DNA of 64,000 nt, from positions 1,888,001 to 1,952,000 of the forward strand of contig CBDFKD010000002.1 of the NCBI GenBank assembly GCA_965248695.1, given 5' to 3'. A model generated the notes under the pieces. It was not told where the DNA came from. It saw only the letters and a list, made by a program, of their open reading frames with translations, and made no database searches. Positions 1 to 9,434 of this stretch are shown here, piece after piece. Source of the DNA: Acidobacteriota bacterium (GTDB lineage: Bacteria; Acidobacteriota; UBA890; WLXD01). Position 1 is the stretch's first letter, and each line of letters opens with the position of its first letter. Made by a program: the position numbers and the translations under genes.

Positions 1-770
1 TACACATCGAACACATCCTTGCCGCACCAAAGGCGATCCTCCGGCGGCTCACCGTAGCACCGCATGCCCCAGTCCGCCGTGCCGGTAAACGGATCCACTG
101 GCAACCGCCGCAAGAAGATCAACTTGAACGGTTGGCCGTCGGGTCCGAGAATCGGTTGTTGCTGCGCTGCTTGCCCCTGAGCGGCGCCGAGCAAGCCGCT
201 CAACCCGCCGCCCGCCTGTTGTCCACCTTGGGCGCCGCCAGGCGAGAACGGGCTCGACCCCGGTCGCTGGCCCGGGCCGCTCAGCGAGCCAAATCCGCCC
301 CCCGTCTGTCCCTGTGGCTGGATGGTGCCGAAACCGGGCGTCTGTACCGGTGAGCCGGGAATGCCCCCGGCCGGTGCGGCGCCCTGCGCACCGCCCAGCT
401 GGCCCTGAACGCCGCCTGTGAGGCCCGGCCCGGTAGCGGTGTATGCATCCGACACCGCTGGCGCAACTGGCGGCATCTGACCGAGCAACGGCACGCCCTC
501 GAGTAACTGATCCAGGCTCACCGGATAGCCGGTCATTCCCTCGTCGACCTGAATCAACCCTGCGTTGGCCGCGTCTCGGTACTGGTCGATGGCATTGCGC
601 AGTATGCGGAGGCTCTGCTGTAGCTCGTACTCGCGGTTGCGCTTGACCGTCCAACGTGCGAGCGGCAGCGCCGCGGCGGCAAGTATCCCGACGATCGCCA
701 CGACGATCACCATCTCGATGAGGGTAAAGCCGCCGCTCGTCGGCTCATCTGGTCGATGGACGGGATCCAT
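1..770 (-). CDS. Type II secretion pseudopilin / type IV pilin-like protein (GspG-like), 3' end runs off window
   Basis: Not in the ORF track; translated by hand from ATG 770. Reads MDPVHRPDEPTSGG|FTLIEMVIVVAIVGILAAAALPL (class III signal peptide with E5), then ...YPVSLDQLLEGV...KLIFLRRLPVDPFTG..DWGMR...DVFDV. Lies directly downstream of the secretin. Confidence 0.9.
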   Translation of the reverse strand, partial: MDPVHRPDEPTSGGFTLIEMVIVVAIVGILAAAALPLARWTVKRNREYELQQSLRILRNAIDQYRDAANAGLIQVDEGMTGYPVSLDQLLEGVPLLGQMPPVAPAVSDAYTATGPGLTGGVQGQLGGAQGAAPAGGIPGSPVQTPGFGTIQPQGQTGGGFGSLSGPGQRPGSSPFSPGGAQGGQQAGGGLSGLLGAAQGQAAQQQPILGPDGQPFKLIFLRRLPVDPFTGTADWGMRCYGEPPEDRLWCGKDVFDV

Positions 771-774
771 CACC

Positions 775-2961
775 TCACTCCTGGGTCTCGATGGCCGACG
801 CGCGGAAGGCCACGGGCAGCGGCCGTCCGTCCTCGTCGCGCAGGGCCGCCGAGATAATCTGCACCGGGGTCTGGCCCTCACCGACAACTCGGAAGTGCAA
901 CGTCGCGAGCACACCGCGAGCCCGTACTCCGCCCACCTGACCGACACGCCCGATTCCGATCGCCACGGTGCCCTGAGTGGCCGCGCTACTGGAGAAGGTC
1001 GTCTCCGAGCCGTCGGAGTCCAACAGACGGCCCTCTCTTGCCTCCACGAACTGGAGAATCTGCGGGTTCCAGTTGACCCGCAGTCCGACGTTGTTGATGT
1101 CGTCGTCGCCGTCGGTGGTTACGTCGACGGTCAGCGTCTGACCCACCTGGGCGCTCTGCTGCTCAGGCATCAGGCTGACGAGGATCGGATCGGTATCGCC
1201 GACCTCCTGACTGTCCTCGGTGTCGCCGCGCGCCCGACCTCGGCCGCCGCGCCGACCACCGCCGCTGATCGCGTCCTCGGTACCGACGTATATCGCCGCG
1301 AGATCGGCTTCGGTGATGTCGGCCATGCGCACGATGTACGGCGTGATCGACATGACGATGTCGGTCTGCAGGACCGCTTGCGAGGTGCTGCCGAAGAGAT
1401 TCTTGAGCAACGGGATCGAGGACAAGATCGGCAAGCCAGTGTAAACCGTGCGTTCGTCATCGCGCAGCAAACCGGCTAATAGATTGGTCTCGCCCTCCAT
1501 CAACCGCAACGTCGTCGTCAACGTGCGAGCGGTGAACACCGGCTGCTCGAGGACGCCGCTCCCCTCCTGCACCGCCGTCACCTGGAGCACCAGCTGCAGG
1601 GTGACGGTGCCGTCGTGGTGCACCCGCGGCGTCGCGTCGATAACGATGCCGACGTCGCGGTACTCCGTGGAGGAGATCGGCACGACGTTGCCACCCACGG
1701 TGCTGGTCGGGTTGAACGTCGTGCTGATGATCGGCCGTTGCTCACCAACCAGCAACGAAGATATCTGGCCGTCTGAGGCGCGCAGTTGCGGCTGTGCGAT
1801 GAGCCGGAACGACGAGTCCTGCTTCATGAACTGGTAGCGCAACGACGGGATCGTCAGGAACGCGTCCTGGGTGGTCAGGCTGCCCAGCTCGGCGAGCGAA
1901 ATGCCAGCCTCGCTCTGGCTGATCGATGCGGTGGTCGAGTAGTCGGGCTGCAGCGACAGCCCGTAGTCATCCATGACCGAGCGGTTGACTTCGAAGATCT
2001 CCACGTTGAGCAGTACTTCGCCGCCGGCCTTGTCTAGTGATCTGACAAGGCGCTCGGCGACCTCGACGACCTCCGCGGAATCGCGGATGGTGACCGCGTT
2101 GAGCGCCGGTGTGGGCATGACCTGACGGGCGCCCAGAATCGTCTGCAACGTGCTGGAGATCTGCTCCGCCTCGCCGTTCGACAGATAGAACGTGCGCATG
2201 ACCTGCGGCGCGTACTGACGCCGCTTCTGCTGCGTGTCATCGGCGATGAGGATCGTGTTCGGCGACATGACCCGGAAGAAGTGGCCGTGCGCCGCGGTCA
2301 GAATCTCCAGGGCGTGCTCGTAGTCGACATCGGCGAGAAAGAACGACGTGTTCGGGTTGTCGACGTCGGGATCGAACAACACGTTGATGCCACCGAGTCT
2401 GCCCATCGCCCGGTAGATGTCCTTGACCCTGGCTCGACGGTAGTCGAACGACATCTGGCCGATGGCATGATGCGCGAGCTCGGGCAACGGCGGCGGCGCA
2501 TTCATCGAAGCATCGACGGCGCGCTCGATGGAGGTGCGTTCCTCCTCGCGGCTGAGCCGCTCTGCCTCCCACGCCTCGGTCACCTTGCGGAGCTCGACAA
2601 CAGCGGCTTGATGGGTGCGATCCAGCCGCACCGCAAGTTCGAGCTCTAGCCGTGCGCGCTGCAGATCGCCATTGGCGGCCAGCGCCTTGCCCTGAACGCG
2701 ATGGAACTGCGACGCGTTCGTCTGCGCCAACAGGAGCTTCGATCTGACGCTGCGATTGCCGGGATCCTCCTTGAGCACCTGCTGGTAGTAGGTGATCGCC
2801 GTGTCCCACTCACCGACGCGAGCGTGCGAGTCAGCTCGCTTCATCACCGTGCCCCCGCTGGCGCACGCCATCGTGCTGATGAGGACCATGAGCAGGCAAA
2901 AGGTGATGGCGCCGTGGCGCCGCCGAGATCTGGCCCTGGTCACACAGACGTTCAGACTCAT
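775..2961 (-). CDS. gspD: Secretin (GspD/PilQ family) with lipoprotein signal, N-terminal TPRs and C-terminal cohesin-like domain
   Basis: Secretin motifs LIAQPQLRASDGQ, EYRDVGIVIDATPRVH and GLPILSSIPLLKNLFG. Lipobox-like STMAC; TPR-like helices; C-terminal beta-sandwich (VNWNPQILQFV...GVLATLHFRVVG). Confidence 0.9.
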   Translation of the reverse strand: MSLNVCVTRARSRRRHGAITFCLLMVLISTMACASGGTVMKRADSHARVGEWDTAITYYQQVLKEDPGNRSVRSKLLLAQTNASQFHRVQGKALAANGDLQRARLELELAVRLDRTHQAAVVELRKVTEAWEAERLSREEERTSIERAVDASMNAPPPLPELAHHAIGQMSFDYRRARVKDIYRAMGRLGGINVLFDPDVDNPNTSFFLADVDYEHALEILTAAHGHFFRVMSPNTILIADDTQQKRRQYAPQVMRTFYLSNGEAEQISSTLQTILGARQVMPTPALNAVTIRDSAEVVEVAERLVRSLDKAGGEVLLNVEIFEVNRSVMDDYGLSLQPDYSTTASISQSEAGISLAELGSLTTQDAFLTIPSLRYQFMKQDSSFRLIAQPQLRASDGQISSLLVGEQRPIISTTFNPTSTVGGNVVPISSTEYRDVGIVIDATPRVHHDGTVTLQLVLQVTAVQEGSGVLEQPVFTARTLTTTLRLMEGETNLLAGLLRDDERTVYTGLPILSSIPLLKNLFGSTSQAVLQTDIVMSITPYIVRMADITEADLAAIYVGTEDAISGGGRRGGRGRARGDTEDSQEVGDTDPILVSLMPEQQSAQVGQTLTVDVTTDGDDDINNVGLRVNWNPQILQFVEAREGRLLDSDGSETTFSSSAATQGTVAIGIGRVGQVGGVRARGVLATLHFRVVGEGQTPVQIISAALRDEDGRPLPVAFRASAIETQE

Positions 2962-2975
2962 CGGTATCGCTCCAT

Positions 2976-4079
2976 TTACTCTCTGGGGTTCTCATCTCGT
3001 CGGAGCGATAGCCGTATGCTCTGGTCGCCGGCTTCCATCTCCACACTCGTAAGATCGACATTCACTACCCGATAGCCGTCCCGCAGCATCTCGCCCCGAC
3101 GCACCAGCAGCACCGTGCCGTCGTCGCTGAGTGTTGCCAACAGCCCATCGCGGGTACGCGTGACGCCGATGAGCTGGTAGGGAGTCACGGGCTCGGGGGT
3201 GAACTGCTCCGCCAGAGCCGCCAGGCTCTGCTCCGCGCTCGGGCTGGCCGCAGTGGCCTGTACCGGAAACGCGAAGAGGTTCCGCCGAGTACGGGTCTGG
3301 GCGGGCGGCGGCGTGTCGAGCAGCTGGAGGCGAAGCTCCAGCTCCTGCGGTGACAGCGGCATCGCCGGGAGGCGCCGCAGACGCTCCGCCAGAGAGCTCG
3401 CCAGCGCCAGCGGATCGGCGCTCTCGATCGGCGCCGCCGCGTCGTCGGGGACCTCCGGGCTTGCGTCGGCGTCTCGTACGAATACGGAGGCCGTCGTCGA
3501 GAGCAGCAGCTGGCCAGTCGGATCGTTCAGTGAAGGCGTCGATGCGCCGATGCGCTCGAGCACTACGAACATCGGTCCGGCCAACAGCTCGTCGAGAAAA
3601 CATCGGAGCTGGCCGTAGCTACCGCGCAGCGGGAGGTCGATTTGCAGCTGCATCAAACCCAGCTCGGGAATCCGCTGTACTGCATAGCCGACGCGCGCCG
3701 CGCCGAGACCGGCCGCGTCGACCGCCGAGCGCAGCGTCGACACAACCTCCGAGACTGCGCCGCCTCCGACGCGCCCGCGCAGCTCCGTGACGCCTGATTC
3801 CGCCTCGAGCACGCGACCGTACACGCCACGAGCGCGGTCCAACGCTGGTCCGAGCGCCGCCTGTGCGGCAACGCCTTCGCGCGACGCCGTGTCAACCGCG
3901 ACGATCGCGCTCCAGCGCGGCCAGGTGAACCCCAGAAAGATCGCCAGGTTGGCGGCCAGCAACAGGACGACACCGAGAATGTGCGGCCGCACCGCACTCC
4001 ACCCAGGGCCGAGATCGATCGATAGCGCGCCGATCTCCGCACCGGGACTCAGCCAGGACGATCTACGGGGCTCGATCAT
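2976..4079 (-). CDS. PilO/GspM-like inner-membrane alignment protein with PilP/GspC-like C-terminal extension
   Basis: Single TM, coiled coil and PilO-like LPLRGSYGQLRCFLDEL. C-terminal RRNLFAF...YQLIGV...ATL...VRRGEML..GYRVVNV. Operon position fits. Confidence 0.7.
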   Translation of the reverse strand: MIEPRRSSWLSPGAEIGALSIDLGPGWSAVRPHILGVVLLLAANLAIFLGFTWPRWSAIVAVDTASREGVAAQAALGPALDRARGVYGRVLEAESGVTELRGRVGGGAVSEVVSTLRSAVDAAGLGAARVGYAVQRIPELGLMQLQIDLPLRGSYGQLRCFLDELLAGPMFVVLERIGASTPSLNDPTGQLLLSTTASVFVRDADASPEVPDDAAAPIESADPLALASSLAERLRRLPAMPLSPQELELRLQLLDTPPPAQTRTRRNLFAFPVQATAASPSAEQSLAALAEQFTPEPVTPYQLIGVTRTRDGLLATLSDDGTVLLVRRGEMLRDGYRVVNVDLTSVEMEAGDQSIRLSLRRDENPRE

Positions 4080-4735
4080 TGCTCGCCCTGCACGGCTGTG
4101 GTCGATGCCCGGCGCGCCTGCGGCGCGCTGACCTCGGCCGCCGTAGCCTCCGGATCATCTTCGACCTCGACGCGACGGACGTACAGTGCGCGCAGGATCA
4201 TCTGCGACGACCCGTCCGGCAAGATCTGCTCCCGGTCCGGCCAAACCTCGTCGAAGGAAGGGTGCGACTCGAGCTCCAACAGCAGATCCTGCAACGGACC
4301 GGCGTCCCGCGCTGCGGCCGTCATCTGTATCCGCACCGCGCCGTCGCCATCGATTCCTGGCGCCACGACCTCCAGTCGAGCACGCCGTGGGAGCACCTGC
4401 TCCAAGTCCGCGAATATCGAGCGCCAGGGGATGGTCCGCCAGGCGATCAGCTGGTTGCCGCTGGCGACCGCGGTGCCGGCGGCACGAGCCCGCTCGACGT
4501 CGGCGACCGCAGCCAGCCGATCCACTTCGGCCTGCCACTCGGTGAGGGTTGCAGCATCGACGGTGACTACCGGAGCTGCTTCCGGAACGCCGGCACCGCG
4601 CGTGATCCACCCCAGCAGCACCAAGTGCACCAGGGTCACGAGAAGCGCCGAAGCAGCAACATAGGCAACCGTTCGCCGCGCCGCGCGGACGCGCTCGATC
4701 GGTTGGGCCGCGAGGTTGATCGGCAGGCGCTTCAT
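4076..4735 (-). CDS. PilN-like fimbrial assembly protein
   Basis: Start MKRLPINLA (INL motif) at ATG 4735, overlapping the upstream stop (ATGA). TM segment; PWRSIFADLEQVLP motif. Confidence 0.8.
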   Translation of the reverse strand: MKRLPINLAAQPIERVRAARRTVAYVAASALLVTLVHLVLLGWITRGAGVPEAAPVVTVDAATLTEWQAEVDRLAAVADVERARAAGTAVASGNQLIAWRTIPWRSIFADLEQVLPRRARLEVVAPGIDGDGAVRIQMTAAARDAGPLQDLLLELESHPSFDEVWPDREQILPDGSSQMILRALYVRRVEVEDDPEATAAEVSAPQARRASTTAVQGEQ

Positions 4736-5643
4736 CGGCGCAGCGCTCCGGCCATCGCTTCCTCGGGACTCACCCGACGCACGTCGAGATCGACCGCACT
4801 GCAGGCCGCCGCAGTGGCGGTCGCCCAATCGGCGGTGCCACACAGACACACGTGTCCGATGGTCATCTCGAGATGGTCGTTGACGTAGCGACGCAGCGAG
4901 GGCAACTCGTCGGCGACGCGATCACCGTCGACCCGAGCGCGCCACGCACGGTGAAACCGGGGCACGCCCGAAGCCTCGAACAGACACGCGAGCGTTCCAT
5001 CGGCCTCGCACATGATGAGACGCCGGATCGGCTCGCCATCAGCGGCAGACTCGCCAGCAGGCGGTGCGCCGGGGCCGTCGTCGGCCACTGCGGCGGCGAA
5101 CGTCCACGGCACGAGGCGTCCGACCGTCCAGCCGAAGGGATCGACCAGAGATTCGTATTCCTGCAGCAGGCTCGCATCGCCGCCGACACTCAGCATCCAC
5201 CGATCAGGCCCATCCGTGGCCGGGGCTGGCGTCGTCATGATCGACCAGTCGACGCGCGCCGCGTCCGCTTCCATGGGAAGCAGCTCGCGCAGCACCCAGC
5301 GAGCCATGCGACCACCCTCGGTGGCTCCGGGAGCTTCACCCTGTATGGGCGCCGCGGCCACCTTGACCGAGCCATCGGTAATCACCAGGGCCACGAGATC
5401 AGGGCGCCGACGCAACAGACCGTCGCGGCGCGCATCGTCCACGAGCTCGCCCAGCGGTGCCGCGAGCGCCGACCGGTCGGCCGACATCGGCGCCTGCAAT
5501 CCACCGCGCAGCGCGCCTTGCGGCAGTGCTCGAGAGCCGCTGTGCACGACGCTCACCGAGCTGTTTCCGCGCCCCACCAACAGGCGCACTCGGTCCTTGC
5601 CGAGACCCACAGCCACGCGTTCTCTAGTCGCCCAATACCCCAT
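4732..5643 (-). CDS. PilM/GspL-like cytoplasmic assembly protein
   Basis: Lies between the ATPase and pilN. Degenerate actin-like PilM pattern (RWVLRELLP..ARVDW, EYESL). Confidence 0.6.
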   Translation of the reverse strand: MGYWATRERVAVGLGKDRVRLLVGRGNSSVSVVHSGSRALPQGALRGGLQAPMSADRSALAAPLGELVDDARRDGLLRRRPDLVALVITDGSVKVAAAPIQGEAPGATEGGRMARWVLRELLPMEADAARVDWSIMTTPAPATDGPDRWMLSVGGDASLLQEYESLVDPFGWTVGRLVPWTFAAAVADDGPGAPPAGESAADGEPIRRLIMCEADGTLACLFEASGVPRFHRAWRARVDGDRVADELPSLRRYVNDHLEMTIGHVCLCGTADWATATAAACSAVDLDVRRVSPEEAMAGALRR

Positions 5644-5649
5644 ACGGCC

Positions 5650-7284
5650 TCAGTCGACGAAGGTCACCTTGTTGATCTCCTGCAAGGTCGTCAGCCCGGC
5701 CTTGACCTTCTCGAGCGCCGAGTCCCGCAGGAACTTGATTCCCTCGCTGGCCGCCTGGCGTCGAATCTCGGAGGTCGGCCGGCGCCCCAAGATCATCTCG
5801 CGCACTGTGTCGGACAGATCGAGTAGCTCGGCGATCACGGTGCGCCCGTAGTAACCCGTGCCGCGGCACTCGGCGCAGCCAGCGCCCTCGCACAGCTGCC
5901 CGTCTTCCAGATCACGTTGGCTCAGTCCCGAGTCCTGTAGCAGCCGAGCGCTCGGCTGCACGGTTCTCTTGCACTGGTTGCAGATCAGCCGTACCAACCG
6001 CTGCGCGAGCACGCAGTTGAGCGCTGACACGAACTGATACTCCTCGACCTCCATATTCATCAGGCGACCGATGACATCCACGACGTTGTTGGCGTGCACG
6101 GTGGTAAAGACCAGATGGCCCGTGAGCGCGGACTGGACGGCGATGTTGGCCGTCTCCGGGTCGCGGATCTCACCGACCATGATGATGTCGGGGTCGTGGC
6201 GCAGCACCGATCGGAGCCCGCGCGCGAACGTCAGCCCCTTCTTCTCGTTGACTGGAATCTGCGTAATACCCGGCAGCTGGTACTCGACCGGATCCTCGAT
6301 GGTGATGAGCTTTTGTTCCTCGCTGCGGATCTCGGACAGCGCCGCGTACAGCGTCGTCGTCTTGCCGGAGCCCGTCGGACCGGTGACCAGGAACATGCCG
6401 TACGGCTCGCGGCTGTACTTGCGGATCTTGATCATGTCGGTGTCGGTAAAACCGAGGGTGTCGAGGCGCAGCTCGGAGAACTCCTCCGACAGATACTCCT
6501 TGTCGAGGATGCGGATGACCGCGTCCTCACCGTGTATCGAGGGCATGATCGAGACGCGAAAATCCACTTTCCGGCTCTGTAGGTTGAGCTTGAAGCGACC
6601 GTCCTGAGGGATCCGCTTCTCGGCGATATCGAGGTCGGACATCACCTTCACGCGCGACAGGATGGCGTCGTGGTGGCGGAGCTCGATGGGTTCCATTGCC
6701 GGATACAGGACACCGTCGACGCGGTACTTGATCCAGACGGCGTCGTCGCGTGTCTCGACGTGAATATCCGAGGCGCGACGCTCGAGCGCGTTGAGTATTG
6801 TCGTATCCACCAGCCGCACGATCGGGTGTCCGCCATCTGTGGCGAGGCCGGCCAGCGTAAGGCCGTCTTCCTCCTCGGCATCGGGAGCGCCGCCGGACTC
6901 GAATGTCTCCTGTACAGCGGCGAGGATGCGCTCACCGGCGCCGGCGCGCCGTAGTGCCCGCTGCACGGCGTCGGGTGCGGCAGCGCGGACCGCAACGGCG
7001 GTGTCGAGCAGACCCTCGAGCGCGTCGAGCGCCGAGACATCGGCCGGGTCGGACATTGCGACCGCGAGCGCGTCACCCTCGCGGCACAACGGTATGAAGG
7101 CGTGGCGAACCATCAGCTCGATCGGGACGTGGGCCAGGAGCGCGCGATCGAGCTGCACCTCATCGAGGTCAACGTACGGGATGCCGAGCTCGTCGGCTCG
7201 CCGTTCGTGCGCCGACAGCAGCTCCGCGCCGCCCTCTCCGGCGAGCGGATCGCGCCGCTCATTCGGCCCCGTTGGCGCCTTCAT
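5650..7284 (-). CDS. gspE: GspE/PilB secretion ATPase
   Basis: RASDIHVE, Walker A GPTGSGKTTT, TIEDPVEY, LRHDPDIIMVGEIRD, TGHLVFTTVH, CxxC...CxxC. Confidence 0.95.
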   Translation of the reverse strand: MKAPTGPNERRDPLAGEGGAELLSAHERRADELGIPYVDLDEVQLDRALLAHVPIELMVRHAFIPLCREGDALAVAMSDPADVSALDALEGLLDTAVAVRAAAPDAVQRALRRAGAGERILAAVQETFESGGAPDAEEEDGLTLAGLATDGGHPIVRLVDTTILNALERRASDIHVETRDDAVWIKYRVDGVLYPAMEPIELRHHDAILSRVKVMSDLDIAEKRIPQDGRFKLNLQSRKVDFRVSIMPSIHGEDAVIRILDKEYLSEEFSELRLDTLGFTDTDMIKIRKYSREPYGMFLVTGPTGSGKTTTLYAALSEIRSEEQKLITIEDPVEYQLPGITQIPVNEKKGLTFARGLRSVLRHDPDIIMVGEIRDPETANIAVQSALTGHLVFTTVHANNVVDVIGRLMNMEVEEYQFVSALNCVLAQRLVRLICNQCKRTVQPSARLLQDSGLSQRDLEDGQLCEGAGCAECRGTGYYGRTVIAELLDLSDTVREMILGRRPTSEIRRQAASEGIKFLRDSALEKVKAGLTTLQEINKVTFVD

Positions 7285-8558
7285 CCCACCACCTGCACGG
7301 TCTGAAACAACGGCAGGTAGAGCGACATCAGGATGCCCGCAACGAGCAGGCCCATGGTGACGAGCATCGCCGGCTCCATGAGGCCGACGGCGGTGGTTAC
7401 CTGTCTGTCGAGGGTGTCGTCGTAGGTCGTGGCGACGTGTTCGAGCATCTCTTCTAGTGCTCCCGTCGACTCCCCAACCTGCACCATCTCGAGGCCGAGA
7501 GGTTCGAGCATCCCGTACGCCTCGAATGCCGAGTGCAGGCTGGTGCCGTGGGTGACCTCCTCGGACACCTGCACGAGGCGGCGGCGGAAAGCGCGATTGC
7601 TAGTGCCCTCGGCGGTCACACGCAGCGCCGCCACGAGCGGAGCCCCGCCGCGCAGCAGGGTCGCCAAGGTGCGCGCTGTCTCCAGGCCGCAGTAACGCCG
7701 CAGCAACGCGCCGACAACCGGCAGCCGCAGCTTCCACTCATCGACTGACTCACGGCCGACCGCTGTCTTCGCCCACCGCCGCAGGGCCCAGATGCCAGCG
7801 GCAACCAGGACCAACAGCAGCACCCCGTAGCCCGAGACGAAGCTCGCGAGCCCCAACAGGGCGCGGGTCGTGAACGGCAGCTCCGCTCCCGAGGAGGCGT
7901 AGAACTCGGCGAACTGCGGGATCACCAACACCAGCAGGATGAGCACCACAGCCAACGACACCGCGGCCAGGACGATCGGGTACATCATCGCCGCATGGAC
8001 CCGCCCTCGCAGCTTCAACGACTTGTCGAGGTGGGTCTGGTAGCGGCGGATCGCCGTCACAAGATCGCCGCTTGCTTCGCCGACCTCCAGCGATGTTACG
8101 AATAGCTCCGGCAGCCGCACTCGCTCGATCTCCGGACGAAACGCGCCTGAGATCCCCTCGCCGCCGACGAGCAACCGGCGAACGCGATCGAGCATGCTGC
8201 CAACCACCGAACCGGCACGCCGCGTGCGCAGGATGTCGACACAACGGAGTAGCGGCAGGCCGGCGTTCACCAACGCGGCGAGCTCCTGACTCAGCATCAG
8301 CAACTCGGCGGGGGCGACGTGCGTCCGCCGTCGCCCAAAGAGCCGTCGGCCGGAATCGGCAGCGCCGCCGCCCAGCTGGATAGACGCCAGCTTGCGCAAT
8401 GTCGGCAAAGCAGTGGACGCGCTGCCCTCGACGATATCGAAGACCTCGAGGCCGTCGGCGGCCAGCTGCTCGCGCGCCGCCGGCACCGATACCGCCGAGA
8501 CATAGCGCTCGGCGATGGCACCGTCGGCGGCGCCGACACGGCAGCGAAACTCGGGCAT
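7281..8558 (-). CDS. gspF: GspF/PilC platform protein
   Basis: LAALVNAGLPLL, VGEASGDL, AMMYP, VGESTGALEEML, MEPAML, SLYLPLF. Confidence 0.93.
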   Translation of the reverse strand: MPEFRCRVGAADGAIAERYVSAVSVPAAREQLAADGLEVFDIVEGSASTALPTLRKLASIQLGGGAADSGRRLFGRRRTHVAPAELLMLSQELAALVNAGLPLLRCVDILRTRRAGSVVGSMLDRVRRLLVGGEGISGAFRPEIERVRLPELFVTSLEVGEASGDLVTAIRRYQTHLDKSLKLRGRVHAAMMYPIVLAAVSLAVVLILLVLVIPQFAEFYASSGAELPFTTRALLGLASFVSGYGVLLLVLVAAGIWALRRWAKTAVGRESVDEWKLRLPVVGALLRRYCGLETARTLATLLRGGAPLVAALRVTAEGTSNRAFRRRLVQVSEEVTHGTSLHSAFEAYGMLEPLGLEMVQVGESTGALEEMLEHVATTYDDTLDRQVTTAVGLMEPAMLVTMGLLVAGILMSLYLPLFQTVQVVG

Positions 8559-8572
8559 GGGAGCGGGCCTCG

Positions 8573-9340
8573 CTATTCCTGCTGGCTGGCGCCAGGGTCG
8601 CTTTCCGGCGCCGCGCTCGGCCGCACGCCCATGGCCAGGAACAGCGAGCCGGGACCAGCGTCGGCCCCCGAGCGCACGCCGATCAGGTGGGGAACACCCG
8701 GGGTAAGCATCATCTCCGAAGCGACCTTGAAACGCTCGGTTCCGTCGAGCCAGATGTTGCGAAGCTGCAACGCACCAGAATCCTCATCGACGACGACGAT
8801 CTCGAACGTCAAAGCGCGGTCCGACGCCAGTTGGACGTTGTCGCCGCCGGCGCCGAGGCGTCCGGTCCACTCGCCCACGAGACCGAAGTCGTCGAACTGC
8901 ACCAGTGCCCCGAGATCGGCGCGCAGGTCGGTCAATCGACTGGCCGCGCCGGCCCCGTCGACAGCCTCGGTACGCACGTCGAGCGGCGGGGCGCCGTCGA
9001 ATCCGCGTACCAAGCGCACGTCGAGCTCCCACGCGACAGCAACAGCGGTGTCGGCAGCCGGTGGCGTCAGCGCCAGGGTGGGGGCAGTCTCGGCAACATC
9101 GCTCGATGGGAACCACAGCGCCACTCCCAGAATGGTGACTACTCCGACGACTCCGGCCAAACGCAACACGGCCTGTTGGTTCGTCGGGCCCAGCAGCCGC
9201 GCCAGACGCTCCACCAAGCCTGGCGGCTGAGGCTCCAAGCACGTCTCGATACGCTGCCACAGGGCCTCGAAATCGTGCTCCGTGATGCGATTGCGTCGCA
9301 GGCGATGAAAGATCCGCTCGGGTCGGTGGTCGTCGCTCAT
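8573..9340 (-). CDS. Single-pass membrane protein, possible anti-sigma factor
   Basis: ATG 9340 preceded by AGGAGG. Short N-terminal helix (DFEALWQRIE), one TM, then an extracytoplasmic domain. Function is inference. Confidence 0.6.
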   Translation of the reverse strand: MSDDHRPERIFHRLRRNRITEHDFEALWQRIETCLEPQPPGLVERLARLLGPTNQQAVLRLAGVVGVVTILGVALWFPSSDVAETAPTLALTPPAADTAVAVAWELDVRLVRGFDGAPPLDVRTEAVDGAGAASRLTDLRADLGALVQFDDFGLVGEWTGRLGAGGDNVQLASDRALTFEIVVVDEDSGALQLRNIWLDGTERFKVASEMMLTPGVPHLIGVRSGADAGPGSLFLAMGVRPSAAPESDPGASQQE

Positions 9341-9434
9341 GGAAGTCCTCCTGGCATGTATACGGACTGCCTGCCTGAAGCGTCCAAGGCGATCGTTCGC
9401 GGCGTGGTCTATCCTGCTGCGGATGGAGACCGAA

